This document shows positions 1-9,164 of a stretch of DNA of 64,000 nucleotides, in pieces. Under the pieces are notes generated by a model, which saw only the letters and a list, made by a program, of their open reading frames with translations, made no database searches and was not told the origin of the DNA. Position 1 is the stretch's first letter. Each line of letters starts with the position of its first letter. The DNA comes from an uncultured Steroidobacteraceae bacterium (lineage in GTDB: Bacteria; Pseudomonadota; Gammaproteobacteria; Steroidobacterales; Steroidobacteraceae): the NCBI GenBank assembly GCA_964600315.1, contig CAZRKS010000001.1:7078-71077 (forward strand). Direction: 5' to 3'. Position numbers and translations under genes: made by a program.

Positions 1-608
1 CCCTGCAGCCGCACCTCGGCGACGGGACGGGTGGCGTCGTGACTGGCTCGCGGACGGCGCGTGACGCCCGCAGCGTCGAGCGCGACGGCCAAGAGCAGTC
101 GGCCCTGTTCGCTCTGCGCTGGCAGCAGCAGCCAACGCGCGGCCATCGCCGCAGGCACCGCCGGCAGCACCCCGTCGAGGCGCCAGCCCGCGTCCTCGCG
201 GCGCGCCTCGGGCGGCGCTCCCTCGAGCAGACCGATGTCGAGCGTGAAGATTTCTTCGCCGCTCGCGAGGGCCGGCAGCCAGCGCGCCGCGACCGCCTCG
301 TCGCCGACCGACAGGATCGTCGTGCCGGCGAGCGCCACGCTCTCGAGCCAGGGCACGCAGGCCAGGCGGCGACCGAACGCCTCCGCGACCAGCACGAGTT
401 CGGTGACGCCGAGGCCGAGGCCGCCGTGCGCCTCGGGAATGTGCAACCCGCAGGCGCCGAGCTCGGCGACCTGCTGCCACAGCGCCGGATCGAAGCCACC
501 GCCTTCGAATGCCGCACGCCGCATGCGCGTCGAGTCGCTCGCATTGGCGAGCAGCTCCTCGACCGAGTCCGCGATCTGACGCTGCTCTTCGCTGAGCCTC
601 AGGTCCAT
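1..608 (-). CDS. acyl-CoA dehydrogenase, N-terminal part (gene runs off the left edge)
   Basis: Own translation of the minus strand from ATG at 608: MDLRLSEEQRQIADSVEELLANASDS...GLHIPEAHGGLGLGVTELVLVAEAFGR, a typical ACAD N-domain. Absent from the ORF track because it has no stop inside the window. Starts 9 nt after the stop of the upstream SDR. Confidence 0.7.
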   Translation of the reverse strand, partial: MDLRLSEEQRQIADSVEELLANASDSTRMRRAAFEGGGFDPALWQQVAELGACGLHIPEAHGGLGLGVTELVLVAEAFGRRLACVPWLESVALAGTTILSVGDEAVAARWLPALASGEEIFTLDIGLLEGAPPEARREDAGWRLDGVLPAVPAAMAARWLLLPAQSEQGRLLLAVALDAAGVTRRPRASHDATRPVAEVRLQ

Positions 609-617
609 CTGCTCGCC

Positions 618-1493
618 TCAGCTGCCGTAGACCGGCTGTGCCGGCCGCCCTTCGGCGATCAACTGGTCGACCACCGCGGTCAACTCCGCCGGCTCCCAGC
701 GCGCTTTCTTGTCCGTGATCCGGCCCGTGTGCCAACCCTCGGCGATCGACAGCTCGCCGCCCTTGGCCTCGAAGCAGCGCCCGGTGACGTGGGACGACCG
801 CGGGCTGCCGAGCCAGACCACGATCGAGGCCACGTTCATCGGGTCCCAGACGTCGAATCCGCTCTGCGGCTTCTTGACCATCTCGGGCATCGCGCCTTCG
901 GTCATCGCGGTGCGCGCCGCCGGCGCCAGGCAATTGACGGTGATGCCGTAGCGCTTCAACTCCGCTGCCTGCACCAGCGTCAGCGCGGCGATGCCGCCCT
1001 TGGCCGCCGAGTAGTTGCTCTGCGCGACCGAGCCCTGCAGGCCGGCGCCGGAGCTGGTGTTGATGATGCGCGCATCGACCGGCTTGCCCGCCTTGCTGGC
1101 ATCGCGCCAGCGACGCCCGAGCACGCTGGCGAGGCAGAAGTGGCCCTTCAGGTGCACGCGCATCACGGTGTCCCAGTCGTCCTCGCCGAGCGACAGGAAC
1201 ATGCGGTCGCGCAGCACGCCGGCGTTGTTAACGAGCACGTGCACCTCGCCGAACGCCGCCAGCGCAGCGTCGACGATGCCCTGCGCGCCCTCGAGCGTGG
1301 TGATGTCGCCGCTGTCGGCCAGCGCGCGTCCGCCCGCGGCGCTGATCTCCGCGACCACGGCCTCCGCCGCCTCGCGCCGGATGTCGTTGACGACGACGTT
1401 GGCGCCCTCGGCCGCGAACGTGAGCGCGTAGGCGCGGCCGAGGCCGCCGCCGGCGCCGGTGATGATTGCGGTGCGTCCGTCACAGATGCCCAT
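618..1493 (-). CDS. short-chain dehydrogenase, MFE-2/Hsd4A-type 3-hydroxyacyl-CoA dehydrogenase-like
   Basis: Track ORF 618..2444 trimmed to the in-frame ATG at 1493 (MGICDGRTAIITGAGGGLGRAYAL...). Has TGxxxGxG, NNAG and YSAAK motifs. The upstream part of the track ORF is an Arg/Gly-rich shadow over the thiolase gene. Confidence 0.85.
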   Translation of the reverse strand: MGICDGRTAIITGAGGGLGRAYALTFAAEGANVVVNDIRREAAEAVVAEISAAGGRALADSGDITTLEGAQGIVDAALAAFGEVHVLVNNAGVLRDRMFLSLGEDDWDTVMRVHLKGHFCLASVLGRRWRDASKAGKPVDARIINTSSGAGLQGSVAQSNYSAAKGGIAALTLVQAAELKRYGITVNCLAPAARTAMTEGAMPEMVKKPQSGFDVWDPMNVASIVVWLGSPRSSHVTGRCFEAKGGELSIAEGWHTGRITDKKARWEPAELTAVVDQLIAEGRPAQPVYGS

Positions 1494-1498
1494 CTTTG

Positions 1499-2653
1499 CT
1501 ATCCCAGTCGTTCGATGATCGTCACGTTGGCCTGCCCGCCGCCCTCGCACATCGTCTGCAGGCCGTAGCGCCCGCCGGTGCGCTCGAGTTCGTGCAGCAG
1601 GGTCGTCATCAGCTTCGTTCCGCTCGCCCCGAGCGGGTGACCGAGCGCGATCGCCCCGCCGTTCACGTTGGTGCGCCCGTGCGGATAGCCGGTTTCCTTC
1701 AGCCAGGCCATGACCACCGAGGCGAAGGCCTCGTTGATCTCCACGAGGTCGATGTCCTCTAGCCCGAGGCCGGCTTTCGCGAGCGCCCGCCGTGTCGCCG
1801 GAATCGGCGCGGTGAGGTGCCAGATCGGGTCGTCGGCCAGCACCGACAGGTGCACGATGCGCGCGCGTGGCTCGAGCCCGTAGCGCTTCAGGGCCGCCGC
1901 CGAGACCACGAGCACCGCGGAAGCGGCGTCGCAAACGGAACTGGATACGGCCGCGGTGATCTTCGGGAACGCCGGGTCGACCGGCTGCAACGTCGCCATC
2001 TTCTCGAGCGTGCTGACGCGCGCCGTCTCGTCCATGCGCAGCCCGCCGAGCGGAACCACCTCGCGGTCGAAGCGCCCCTCGGCCATGGCCGCGAGCGCAC
2101 GGTCGTGGCTCTCCTTGGCAAAGACCTCCATCGCCTCGCGGCTGATGTCCCAGCGGTCGGCGATGCGCTGCGCCGCGTAGAACTGGTTGACCGGCGCATC
2201 GCCGAATCGCGCCTGCCAGCCCTTGCTCTGCGCGAACGGGGTCGTGAACCCGAGGGGCTGCCCGGCCCGCATCGCGGAGGAAATCGGGATGCTCGACATC
2301 GTCTGCACGCCGCCGGCCAGCACCACGTCCTGCGTGCCGCTCATCACGGCCTGCGCCGCGAAATGCACCGCCTGCTGCGAACTTCCGCACTGCCGGTCCA
2401 CCGTCGTTCCCGGCACGTTGATCGGCAGGCCCGCGGCCAGCCACGCCGTGCGCGCGATGTCGCCCGCGAGTGCGCCGATGGTGTCGACACAGCCGAAGAT
2501 GACGTCGTCGTACTCGGCCGCCGGGATGGCGTTGCGGTCGACGAGCGCCTTGATGACGTGCGCGCCGAGATCGGCGCCGTGCACCTGGGCCAGCGAGCCG
2601 TTGCGCCGGCCCGTGGGCGAGCGCAGCGCGTCGACGATGAAGGCTTCGGCCAT
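1499..2653 (-). CDS. acetyl-CoA C-acyltransferase (degradative thiolase)
   Basis: Track ORF trimmed to ATG 2653 (MAEAFIVDALRSPTGRR...). Thiolase motifs VDRQCGSSQQA, NGGAIALGHPLGASG and CEGGGQAN. 384 aa. Confidence 0.9.
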   Translation of the reverse strand: MAEAFIVDALRSPTGRRNGSLAQVHGADLGAHVIKALVDRNAIPAAEYDDVIFGCVDTIGALAGDIARTAWLAAGLPINVPGTTVDRQCGSSQQAVHFAAQAVMSGTQDVVLAGGVQTMSSIPISSAMRAGQPLGFTTPFAQSKGWQARFGDAPVNQFYAAQRIADRWDISREAMEVFAKESHDRALAAMAEGRFDREVVPLGGLRMDETARVSTLEKMATLQPVDPAFPKITAAVSSSVCDAASAVLVVSAAALKRYGLEPRARIVHLSVLADDPIWHLTAPIPATRRALAKAGLGLEDIDLVEINEAFASVVMAWLKETGYPHGRTNVNGGAIALGHPLGASGTKLMTTLLHELERTGGRYGLQTMCEGGGQANVTIIERLG

Positions 2654-2670
2654 GGAGCGTCCTTCCATTC

Positions 2671-3741
2671 TCATTTCAGGGTGGCGGCCGGCCCGAGCGG
2701 CGCGCCGTCGCAGAGCAACGCGTCGCCCAGGCGCGCCTTGTGGAACGCGCGATCGCCCCAGGCGGCGTCCAGCACCCAGGCTCGCTTCATGAACATCTGC
2801 AGGTCGACCTCCCAGGTGTAGCCGTTCGCGCCGTGGACCTGGATGCCCTTGCGCGCCGCGGTCCAGGCGGCGTCGGCACAGGCGAGCTTCGCGTGCGACA
2901 CGAGCGCCGCGCGGTGACGCTCGCCGCGCTGCAGCGCCAGCGCCGCCCGGTAGAGCACGGGCCGGGCGAACTCGATCCGGGTCACGACGTCGGCGAGGTG
3001 ATGCTTGACGGCCTGGAAGGAGCCTATCGGCTTGCCGAACTGCTTGCGCTGCGCGGCGTAGTCCACGGACAGGTCGAGCATGCGCTGCGCCAGGCCCACC
3101 AGCTGGCCGGCCACTGCGACGGTTGCACGGTCCACCGTCTCGTCCGCGAGCGCCTGCACCTCGGCACCCGCCATCAGCCTCGTCGAGACATCGAGCGGCT
3201 GCGGCAGGGTGGCGAGACGGCGCGACGCATCGATGCTGCTCATCGCCGAGCGCTGCAACTCGGCGCCGGGCACCGCGTGCAGCTCGAGGGAACCGCCCGC
3301 TCCCGCGCGGAACGCGAGCAGCAGGTCGGCCATGTGCGCGTCGGCCACCCACGGATTGACCGGGTGCTCGATCGACACGCGCGCGGTGCCGTCGGCGATC
3401 CTGGGCAGCCACTGGTCACGCAGCTTGCCGGCCCCGGGCAGTGCGCACAGCAGGCCCGTGGCCACGCAAGCCGTATCGGCCAGCGAGTCGGGAATCGCGT
3501 AGTAGCCGAGTTCCTCCGCGATCAACGCCCAGTCGACGTCGCCCATGCCGAGACCGCCATAGGCCTCCGGCACCGACAGTCCCGTCATGCCCTGCGCGGC
3601 GATCTTGGCGCGCAGCTCGGGCGAGCGGCCGCCGCCGGTCTCCCAGATCTCGCGCAGCAGCTCGGGAGCCGCCTCGTTCATCAGGAAGCGGCTGACCGAA
3701 TCGCGCAGCGCGAGCTGGTCTTCGGTGAACGTGAAGTCCAC
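2671..3741 (-). CDS. acyl-CoA dehydrogenase family protein, beta-type subunit (no catalytic-base motif)
   Basis: GTG start at 3741 preceded by GAGGGAGGG. ACAD-like over its whole length, but the C-terminus (GANGYTWEVDLQMFMKRAWVL) lacks the G-T-x-E-I motif present in its neighbour. Confidence 0.85.
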   Translation of the reverse strand: MDFTFTEDQLALRDSVSRFLMNEAAPELLREIWETGGGRSPELRAKIAAQGMTGLSVPEAYGGLGMGDVDWALIAEELGYYAIPDSLADTACVATGLLCALPGAGKLRDQWLPRIADGTARVSIEHPVNPWVADAHMADLLLAFRAGAGGSLELHAVPGAELQRSAMSSIDASRRLATLPQPLDVSTRLMAGAEVQALADETVDRATVAVAGQLVGLAQRMLDLSVDYAAQRKQFGKPIGSFQAVKHHLADVVTRIEFARPVLYRAALALQRGERHRAALVSHAKLACADAAWTAARKGIQVHGANGYTWEVDLQMFMKRAWVLDAAWGDRAFHKARLGDALLCDGAPLGPAATLK

Positions 3742-3756
3742 GATGCTCGCCCTCCC

Positions 3757-4911
3757 TCAGGATTTCGGCAGGCCGAGCACCCGCTCGGCGATGATGTTGC
3801 GCTGGATCTCGTTGGTGCCCGCGTAGATCGGCCCGGCCTGCGCAAACAGGAAACCCTCGAGCCAGTCGTGCACCTCGGGATCGTCGATGAGCTCGGCGCG
3901 CGGCCCGAGGATCCGCATCGCGGTCTCGTGCATCTGCAGGTCGAGCTCCGACCAGAAGATCTTGTTGGTGCTCGATTCGGCGCCGATTCGAGCACCCTTC
4001 AGCAGCCGGCCCACGGTGTGGTAGCTCGCGAGGTTGTAGGCCTCGGCGTCCATCCACGCCTTCAGCACCCCGTCGCGGATCGAAGGGTCGCGATCGGCAG
4101 TCGCCTGATGACGCCGGTACAGCTCGACGAGTCGCTGCGCCGTCCGCTGGAAGCGGGCCGGCGAGCGCAGCAGCAGTCCGCGCTCGAAGCCGGCCGTGGC
4201 CATCGCCACGTTCCAGCCCTGGCCTTCTTCGCCGATGCGGTTGCCGACGCTGACCCGCACGTCGTCGAAGAACACCTCGGCGAACGCCTGCTTGCCGTTC
4301 AAAGCCTTGATCGGACGGATGGTGATGCCCTTGGCATCCAGGGGCACCAGCAGGTAGCTGAGGCCATGGTGGCGGGCGCTCTGCGGGTCGCTGCGGAACA
4401 GCCCGAACAGCCAGTTGGCGAACACCGCGCGCGTCGCCCAGATCTTCTGGCCGTTGATGACGTACTCGTCGCCGTCGCGGATCGCACGGCTCGTGATGTT
4501 GGCCATGTCCGAGCCGGCGTTGGGCTCGCTCCAGCCCTGCGCCCACATGTCGTCGCAGCGGGCCATGCGCGGCAGGAAGCGCGCCTTCTGCTCCGCCGTG
4601 CCGAACTCCATCAGCGTGGGCCCGAGCAGCAGGATGCCGTTCTGGTTCACGCGCATCGGCGCGTCGGCCGCGTGGTACTCCTCCTCGAAGATCAGCCACT
4701 CGATGAGGTCGGAACCGCGGCCGCCGAGTTCCTTCGGCCAGATCACGCTGCTATAGCCACCCTCGGCGAGCCGTGCCTCCCAGGCGCGATGCTGCTCGAA
4801 ACCTTCGCGCGTATCGTAGCTCCCGAGCGGCGACTTCGGCACGTTGTCGCGCAGCCACGCGTGCACCTCGGCGCGAAAGGCTTGCTGCTGCGGAGTGAAA
4901 TCGAGGTCCAT
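3757..4911 (-). CDS. acyl-CoA dehydrogenase, alpha-type (catalytic) subunit
   Basis: 384 aa, ATG at 4911. C-terminal IYAGTNEIQRNIIAERVLGLP carries the catalytic Glu motif. The adjacent partner gene starts 16 nt downstream. Confidence 0.9.
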   Translation of the reverse strand: MDLDFTPQQQAFRAEVHAWLRDNVPKSPLGSYDTREGFEQHRAWEARLAEGGYSSVIWPKELGGRGSDLIEWLIFEEEYHAADAPMRVNQNGILLLGPTLMEFGTAEQKARFLPRMARCDDMWAQGWSEPNAGSDMANITSRAIRDGDEYVINGQKIWATRAVFANWLFGLFRSDPQSARHHGLSYLLVPLDAKGITIRPIKALNGKQAFAEVFFDDVRVSVGNRIGEEGQGWNVAMATAGFERGLLLRSPARFQRTAQRLVELYRRHQATADRDPSIRDGVLKAWMDAEAYNLASYHTVGRLLKGARIGAESSTNKIFWSELDLQMHETAMRILGPRAELIDDPEVHDWLEGFLFAQAGPIYAGTNEIQRNIIAERVLGLPKS

Positions 4912-4922
4912 GCGTCGCTCCG

Positions 4923-5678
4923 TCAGAACTTGGTGTCGCGCTTCTCGACGAAGGCGCGCCGCGTCTCCGCCGAGTCCGGGCTCAGGTAGGCCTGCAGCGT
5001 GAAGCCCTGCTCCCAGCGGTACTTCGCCTCGAGGTTGCCGTCCTCGATGCCGGTGAGCGCTTCCTTGGCGATGCGGATCATCGCCGGGCTCTTCGCGGCG
5101 ATCTTCGCGGCCACGGCCAGCGCCTCCTCGCGCAGGCGCTCGCGCGGGACCACCCGCTCGATGGCGCCGAGCCGGAACGCTTCGGGCGCAGCGATCATCT
5201 CGCCCGTGAAGAACAGGTAGCGCGTCTTCTGCACGCCGAACATGCGCTGCAGGTGCGCGGCCCCGCCCATGGCGCCGCGGTCGACCTCGGGCAGGCCGAA
5301 GCGCGCGTCCTCGGCGGCGATGACGATGTCGGCCGCGCCGCAGATGCCGATGCCGCCGCCGAGCACGAAGCCGTGCACCGCCGCGATCACCGGCACCTTG
5401 TTGAGGTGCACGGCCTGGAATGTCGCGTAATTGCCGGCGTTGACCTGCACGATCAGGCCCGGGTCGGCATCGAGTTCCTTGATGTCCACGCCCGCGCAGA
5501 AGCCACGGCCCTCGGCGCGGATGACGATGACGCGCACGGCCGGGTCGTCGCCGAGCGCGGCGATGCGCTGCGCGAGCGCGTGCCAGCCGGCGGAATTCAG
5601 CGCGTTGACCGGCGGGCGGTCGAGCACGACCTCGGCGACGCCCTCGTCGTGCACCTTGCTCGTGAACTGGTCAGTCAT
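4923..5678 (-). CDS. enoyl-CoA hydratase/isomerase (crotonase family)
   Basis: 251 aa. Crotonase oxyanion-hole motifs FCAGVDIKEL and GGGIGICGAADIVIAAEDARFGLPEV. Overlaps the upstream gene by 8 nt. Confidence 0.9.
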   Translation of the reverse strand: MTDQFTSKVHDEGVAEVVLDRPPVNALNSAGWHALAQRIAALGDDPAVRVIVIRAEGRGFCAGVDIKELDADPGLIVQVNAGNYATFQAVHLNKVPVIAAVHGFVLGGGIGICGAADIVIAAEDARFGLPEVDRGAMGGAAHLQRMFGVQKTRYLFFTGEMIAAPEAFRLGAIERVVPRERLREEALAVAAKIAAKSPAMIRIAKEALTGIEDGNLEAKYRWEQGFTLQAYLSPDSAETRRAFVEKRDTKF

Positions 5679-6756
5679 GGCCTTCCTCGACAGTGCTTGT
5701 GGCGAGCAACGAGTCGCGGCGTTCGCGCGCCTGCGCGATGATGCCGTCGATGAGTTCGCGGCAGCTCGGCAGCCGGTCGATCAGCGCCGCCACCTGGCCC
5801 GCGGACATCACGCCCTCGGCAGGCCTGCCGTCCACCATGGAGCGCTGCAGCAGCATCGGCGCATTGGCGGCCATCACCGTCTGTGCGACGCTGCTCGCGT
5901 CCTCGCGCAGGCCCTGCCAGAGCACGCCAAGGGCGTGTCCGGTCGTCATGCCGGTCTGCGCTTTCCACTGCAGCGCGAGCTGCAGCGCGAGACGCAGCCG
6001 CTTGAGCGGCGAGGCCTTCTCGAGCATCGCGAGGTACTCGTTGGGGATCATCCGCTGCGGCATGCCGTCGACGAGGTAGGAGACCTGGATCTTCTCGGCA
6101 TCCCTGGCGTCGAGGTAGCGCTGCAGCGTCGCCTGCGGCACGTGGCTGTCGCTGGTCATCAGGAAGCGCGTGCCCATGGCGATGCCCTGTGCGCCGAAGG
6201 CGAGCGCGGCCAGCAGCCCGCGACCGTCGTAGAAGCCGCCCGCGGCCACCACCGGCACCTGCACGGCGTCGACGACCTGCGGCAGCAGCACCGTGGTCGG
6301 CACGCTGCCGGTGTGGCCGCCGCCCTCGGCGCCCTGGATCGTGATGACGTTGGCGCCCATCTCGATCGCCTTCTGCGCATGCTTGAGCGCGCCGACGGTG
6401 GGCATGCAGACGATGCCTGCATCGCGCAGGCGACCGATCACTTTCTTGTCCGGCCCGCGCCCGTAGCTCACGGCGCGGACGCGATGCTTGACCGCCAGGT
6501 CGAGCAACTGCGCCGCATTCGGCTGGAACATGTGGAAGTTGAGGCCGAAAGGCCGGTCGCCCGTGAGTTCCTTGACCCGGACGATCTCGGCCTCGATGCG
6601 ATCGGCGGCGATGGTGGCGCCGGCCAGGAAGCCGAAGCCGCCGGCGTTGGTCGTCGCCGCCACCAGGTCCGAGCCCGCCACCCAGCCCATGGCCGTCTGC
6701 ACGATCGGGTAACGGCAGCCGAGCAGGTCACAGAGCGGCGTGTGGAAACCGGACAT
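5671..6756 (-). CDS. ipdC: nitronate monooxygenase-fold flavoprotein (IpdC-like acyl-CoA enoyl reductase)
   Basis: 361 aa. YPIVQTAMGWVAGSDLVAATTNAGGFGFL, GAEGGGHTGSV and VVAAGGFYDGRG are typical of the NMO/2-nitropropane dioxygenase fold. The symbol is by analogy only, from synteny with the CoA-transferase pair, crotonase, thiolase and ACADs (actinobacterial KstR2-regulon pattern). Confidence 0.75.
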   Translation of the reverse strand: MSGFHTPLCDLLGCRYPIVQTAMGWVAGSDLVAATTNAGGFGFLAGATIAADRIEAEIVRVKELTGDRPFGLNFHMFQPNAAQLLDLAVKHRVRAVSYGRGPDKKVIGRLRDAGIVCMPTVGALKHAQKAIEMGANVITIQGAEGGGHTGSVPTTVLLPQVVDAVQVPVVAAGGFYDGRGLLAALAFGAQGIAMGTRFLMTSDSHVPQATLQRYLDARDAEKIQVSYLVDGMPQRMIPNEYLAMLEKASPLKRLRLALQLALQWKAQTGMTTGHALGVLWQGLREDASSVAQTVMAANAPMLLQRSMVDGRPAEGVMSAGQVAALIDRLPSCRELIDGIIAQARERRDSLLATSTVEEGHD

Positions 6757-6768
6757 CGCGTTCGGGCC

Positions 6769-7950
6769 TCAGCGCTTGACGATGACCGTGGAGCCGTGGC
6801 CGAACAGGCCCTGATTGGCGGTGATGCCGACCCGAGCGCCGCTCACCTGACGCGCACCGGCCTCGCCACGCAACTGCCACGTCAGCTCGCACACCTGCGC
6901 CAGCGCCTGCGCCGGCACGGCCTCGCCGAAGCACGCGAGGCCACCGGAGGCGTTGACCGGGATGCGGCCGCCGACCCGCGTCGCCCCGGCGCGCAGCAGC
7001 GCGGCGGCTTCGCCGCGACCACACAGCTGCAGGTCCTCCATCCAGTCGAGCTCGAGCGCCGTCGACAGGTCGTAGACCTCGGCGAGACTGACGTCGGTCG
7101 GGGCGATACCAGCCTCCTCGTAGGCCTTCGCGGGCAGTGCGGCGCGAAAACTGTGCGCCTCGGCGGCGACGGCCGAGTCCGTGGCGAGGTCCGGCATCTC
7201 GATCATCGCCGAGGCGAAAGTCGGCGTGACGGTGGAGATCGCGGCCACGCGCGGCGCGTCCGCTCGCCCGATGCGCCGCGCATACTCGACGCTCGACACG
7301 ATCAGCGCCGCCGCGCCATCGGAGGTTGCGCACACGTCCATCAACCGCAGCGGGTTCGCCACCATCGGCGAGGCGGCGACCTCGGCCGCGGTGAAGCGCT
7401 TGCGGTAGCGCGCGTTCGCGTTCTCGAAACCGTGCTCGGAGTTCTTGATCTTGACGCGTGCGAAGTCGTCGACCGTGTCGCCGTACAACGCCATGCGCCG
7501 CCGCGCATACAGCGCGAAGTAGGTCGGATTGGTGATGCCGAGCCGAAAGCGCACCCAGTCCGGATCGTCGGGGCGATCGCCCTTGGCGGGCGCGAGGAAC
7601 CCCTTGGGCGTGGTGTCGGACCCGATCACCAGCGCGAGTTCGCACTCGCCCGAGAGGATCTTGGAGCGCGCCGCGGCCAGCGCCTGCGAGCCCGACGCAC
7701 ACGCGGCATAGGAGGTGTTGACCTGCGCGCCCTGCCAGCCGAGCGCCTGCGCGAAGGTGGCGCCGGCCACCTGCCCGGGATAGCCGTTGCGGATCGTCGC
7801 CGCGCCGCTGACGAACTGCACGGCCCGCCAGTCCACGCCGGCGTCGGCGAGCGCCGCGCGCGCCGCGACCACGCCGTAGTCGATGAAGCTGCGTCCCCAC
7901 TTGCCCCAGGGGTGCATGCCGACGCCGAGGATCGCGATGTCCTTGCTCAT
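6769..7950 (-). CDS. SCPx/lipid-transfer-protein-type thiolase-like protein
   Basis: Track ORF trimmed to ATG 7950 (MSKDIAILGVGMHPWGKWG...), 393 aa. Nucleophile-like AACASGSQA is present, but the C-terminal loop reads NASGGLACFGEAV. 4-nt ATGA overlap with the DUF35 gene. Confidence 0.85.
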   Translation of the reverse strand: MSKDIAILGVGMHPWGKWGRSFIDYGVVAARAALADAGVDWRAVQFVSGAATIRNGYPGQVAGATFAQALGWQGAQVNTSYAACASGSQALAAARSKILSGECELALVIGSDTTPKGFLAPAKGDRPDDPDWVRFRLGITNPTYFALYARRRMALYGDTVDDFARVKIKNSEHGFENANARYRKRFTAAEVAASPMVANPLRLMDVCATSDGAAALIVSSVEYARRIGRADAPRVAAISTVTPTFASAMIEMPDLATDSAVAAEAHSFRAALPAKAYEEAGIAPTDVSLAEVYDLSTALELDWMEDLQLCGRGEAAALLRAGATRVGGRIPVNASGGLACFGEAVPAQALAQVCELTWQLRGEAGARQVSGARVGITANQGLFGHGSTVIVKR

Positions 7951-8381
7951 GCGGCGGGCTTCCACTTCCAGGTGAGGTGACGCTCGCCCGAGGCCTCGGA
8001 CAGCGTCTCGATCACGAGTTCCATCGGCATGCCGAGTTGCAGTGCATCGACGTCGACGCCCTGCACCACCGGCCCGAGCACGATCATCTTCTCCCGCTCG
8101 AGTTCCACGGCGGCGATCGCGAACGGCTGGTACGGTTCGGCCGCGATGAACGGTTCGGGCGGCTGGTAGCACGCGTTCGTGTACGACCACAGGCGACCGC
8201 GCCGCGACAGCGGCACCTCCTCGAACTGCTCGCCCTGGCACGCGGGGTTGCGGCAGAAGCGCGCCTGGCGCGGAAAATAGAACGTGCCGCAACTCGTGCA
8301 GCGCGTGCCGACCAGGTGCGCGCCGGACTCGCCCTGCGCGAACCAGCCTTCGAGGAACGGTCGTTCGGTCTTCGCGCTCAT
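7947..8381 (-). CDS. DUF35 OB-fold/zinc-ribbon protein (thiolase/aldolase partner)
   Basis: 144 aa. Zn-ribbon cysteines CTSCGTFYFP...CRNPAC followed by an OB-fold-like region. Translationally coupled to the SCPx-thiolase-like gene. Confidence 0.85.
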   Translation of the reverse strand: MSAKTERPFLEGWFAQGESGAHLVGTRCTSCGTFYFPRQARFCRNPACQGEQFEEVPLSRRGRLWSYTNACYQPPEPFIAAEPYQPFAIAAVELEREKMIVLGPVVQGVDVDALQLGMPMELVIETLSEASGERHLTWKWKPAA

Positions 8382-8385
8382 GGCC

Positions 8386-9153
8386 TCAGGTTCCCAGCGC
8401 GGACGCCCGCAGCCCGTGCGGATCGAGCTGCGCGAGCAGCGCCAGCTGCCCGGCCGTCGGCGCCGCGGTGACCGGCACCTCGGCCGGGACGTGCAGCGGG
8501 AAGCCGGTCGCCTGCTGCACCTGGCCGGAGGTCACGCCCGCGTGGAGGCTGCGCAGCCGCACCTGGCGCGACGGACCGCCGAAATCCATCACGCACAGGT
8601 TGGTGACGATGAGCCGGATGTCGATGTCCTCGAGCCGCCAGCCGCGCGCGAGCCGCGCCGGGTTGTAACCCGCGGAGGCGACCATGTCGACCTCGCCCTC
8701 GACGAACACCTTGGGGCTGTGGTTCGGCACGAAGAACGAGTTGGCGTGGTTCATCGAGTTCCCCGGGAAACCGCGCACGCCTAGCATCTGTGCCTTCGGC
8801 CTGCGGTAGTCCGCGCCGATCATCGAGATGTTGGCCTGGCCATAGCGGTCCACCTGCGTGGGCCCGACCATGGCGTGGCGCTTGCCGCCCCAGACGTTGT
8901 CGAAGATGCGCGCGAAGCCCATGTGCGCCTCGCGCCGGATGCGGTAGTCGCCGCGAGGCCCGACCGGCACCGGTTCGGCCACCAGCCACGCCTCGCTGTC
9001 GGTCATCATCAGGTCCGGATTGCAGGTCCTCTTCGCGAGCGAGGCGGCCAGCCGCGGCACGATGCCGATGCCGCTCGCGAGCACCTCGCGGTCGTGGCGC
9101 CAGGCCTCGGAGGCCGCGCAGATGAGGGTGTCCACCAGGGTCGTGTCGGTCAT
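8386..9153 (-). CDS. ipdB: CoA-transferase subunit B (IpdB-like)
   Basis: 255 aa, ATG 9153, glutaconate/3-oxoacid CoA-transferase beta-subunit-like. Follows the subunit A gene by 11 nt. Symbol by synteny analogy. Confidence 0.8.
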   Translation of the reverse strand: MTDTTLVDTLICAASEAWRHDREVLASGIGIVPRLAASLAKRTCNPDLMMTDSEAWLVAEPVPVGPRGDYRIRREAHMGFARIFDNVWGGKRHAMVGPTQVDRYGQANISMIGADYRRPKAQMLGVRGFPGNSMNHANSFFVPNHSPKVFVEGEVDMVASAGYNPARLARGWRLEDIDIRLIVTNLCVMDFGGPSRQVRLRSLHAGVTSGQVQQATGFPLHVPAEVPVTAAPTAGQLALLAQLDPHGLRASALGT

Positions 9154-9164
9154 CGCGCGCTCCG

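Noticed and set aside
39-1568. 509-aa plus-strand ORF spanning the left end
   Set aside because: Arg/Ala/Gly/Pro-rich with no recognisable domain. It lies antisense to well-supported ACAD, SDR and thiolase genes, so it is a typical GC-rich shadow ORF.
618-2444. N-terminal extensions of many track ORFs (for example 618-2444, 1499-3412, 6769-8292, 14502-16556, 35963-37918, 54295-56103)
   Set aside because: The extensions overlap the upstream gene and are Arg/Gly-rich with no homology-like features. An internal start with an SD and a canonical family N-terminus exists in each case, so the shorter CDSs were used.
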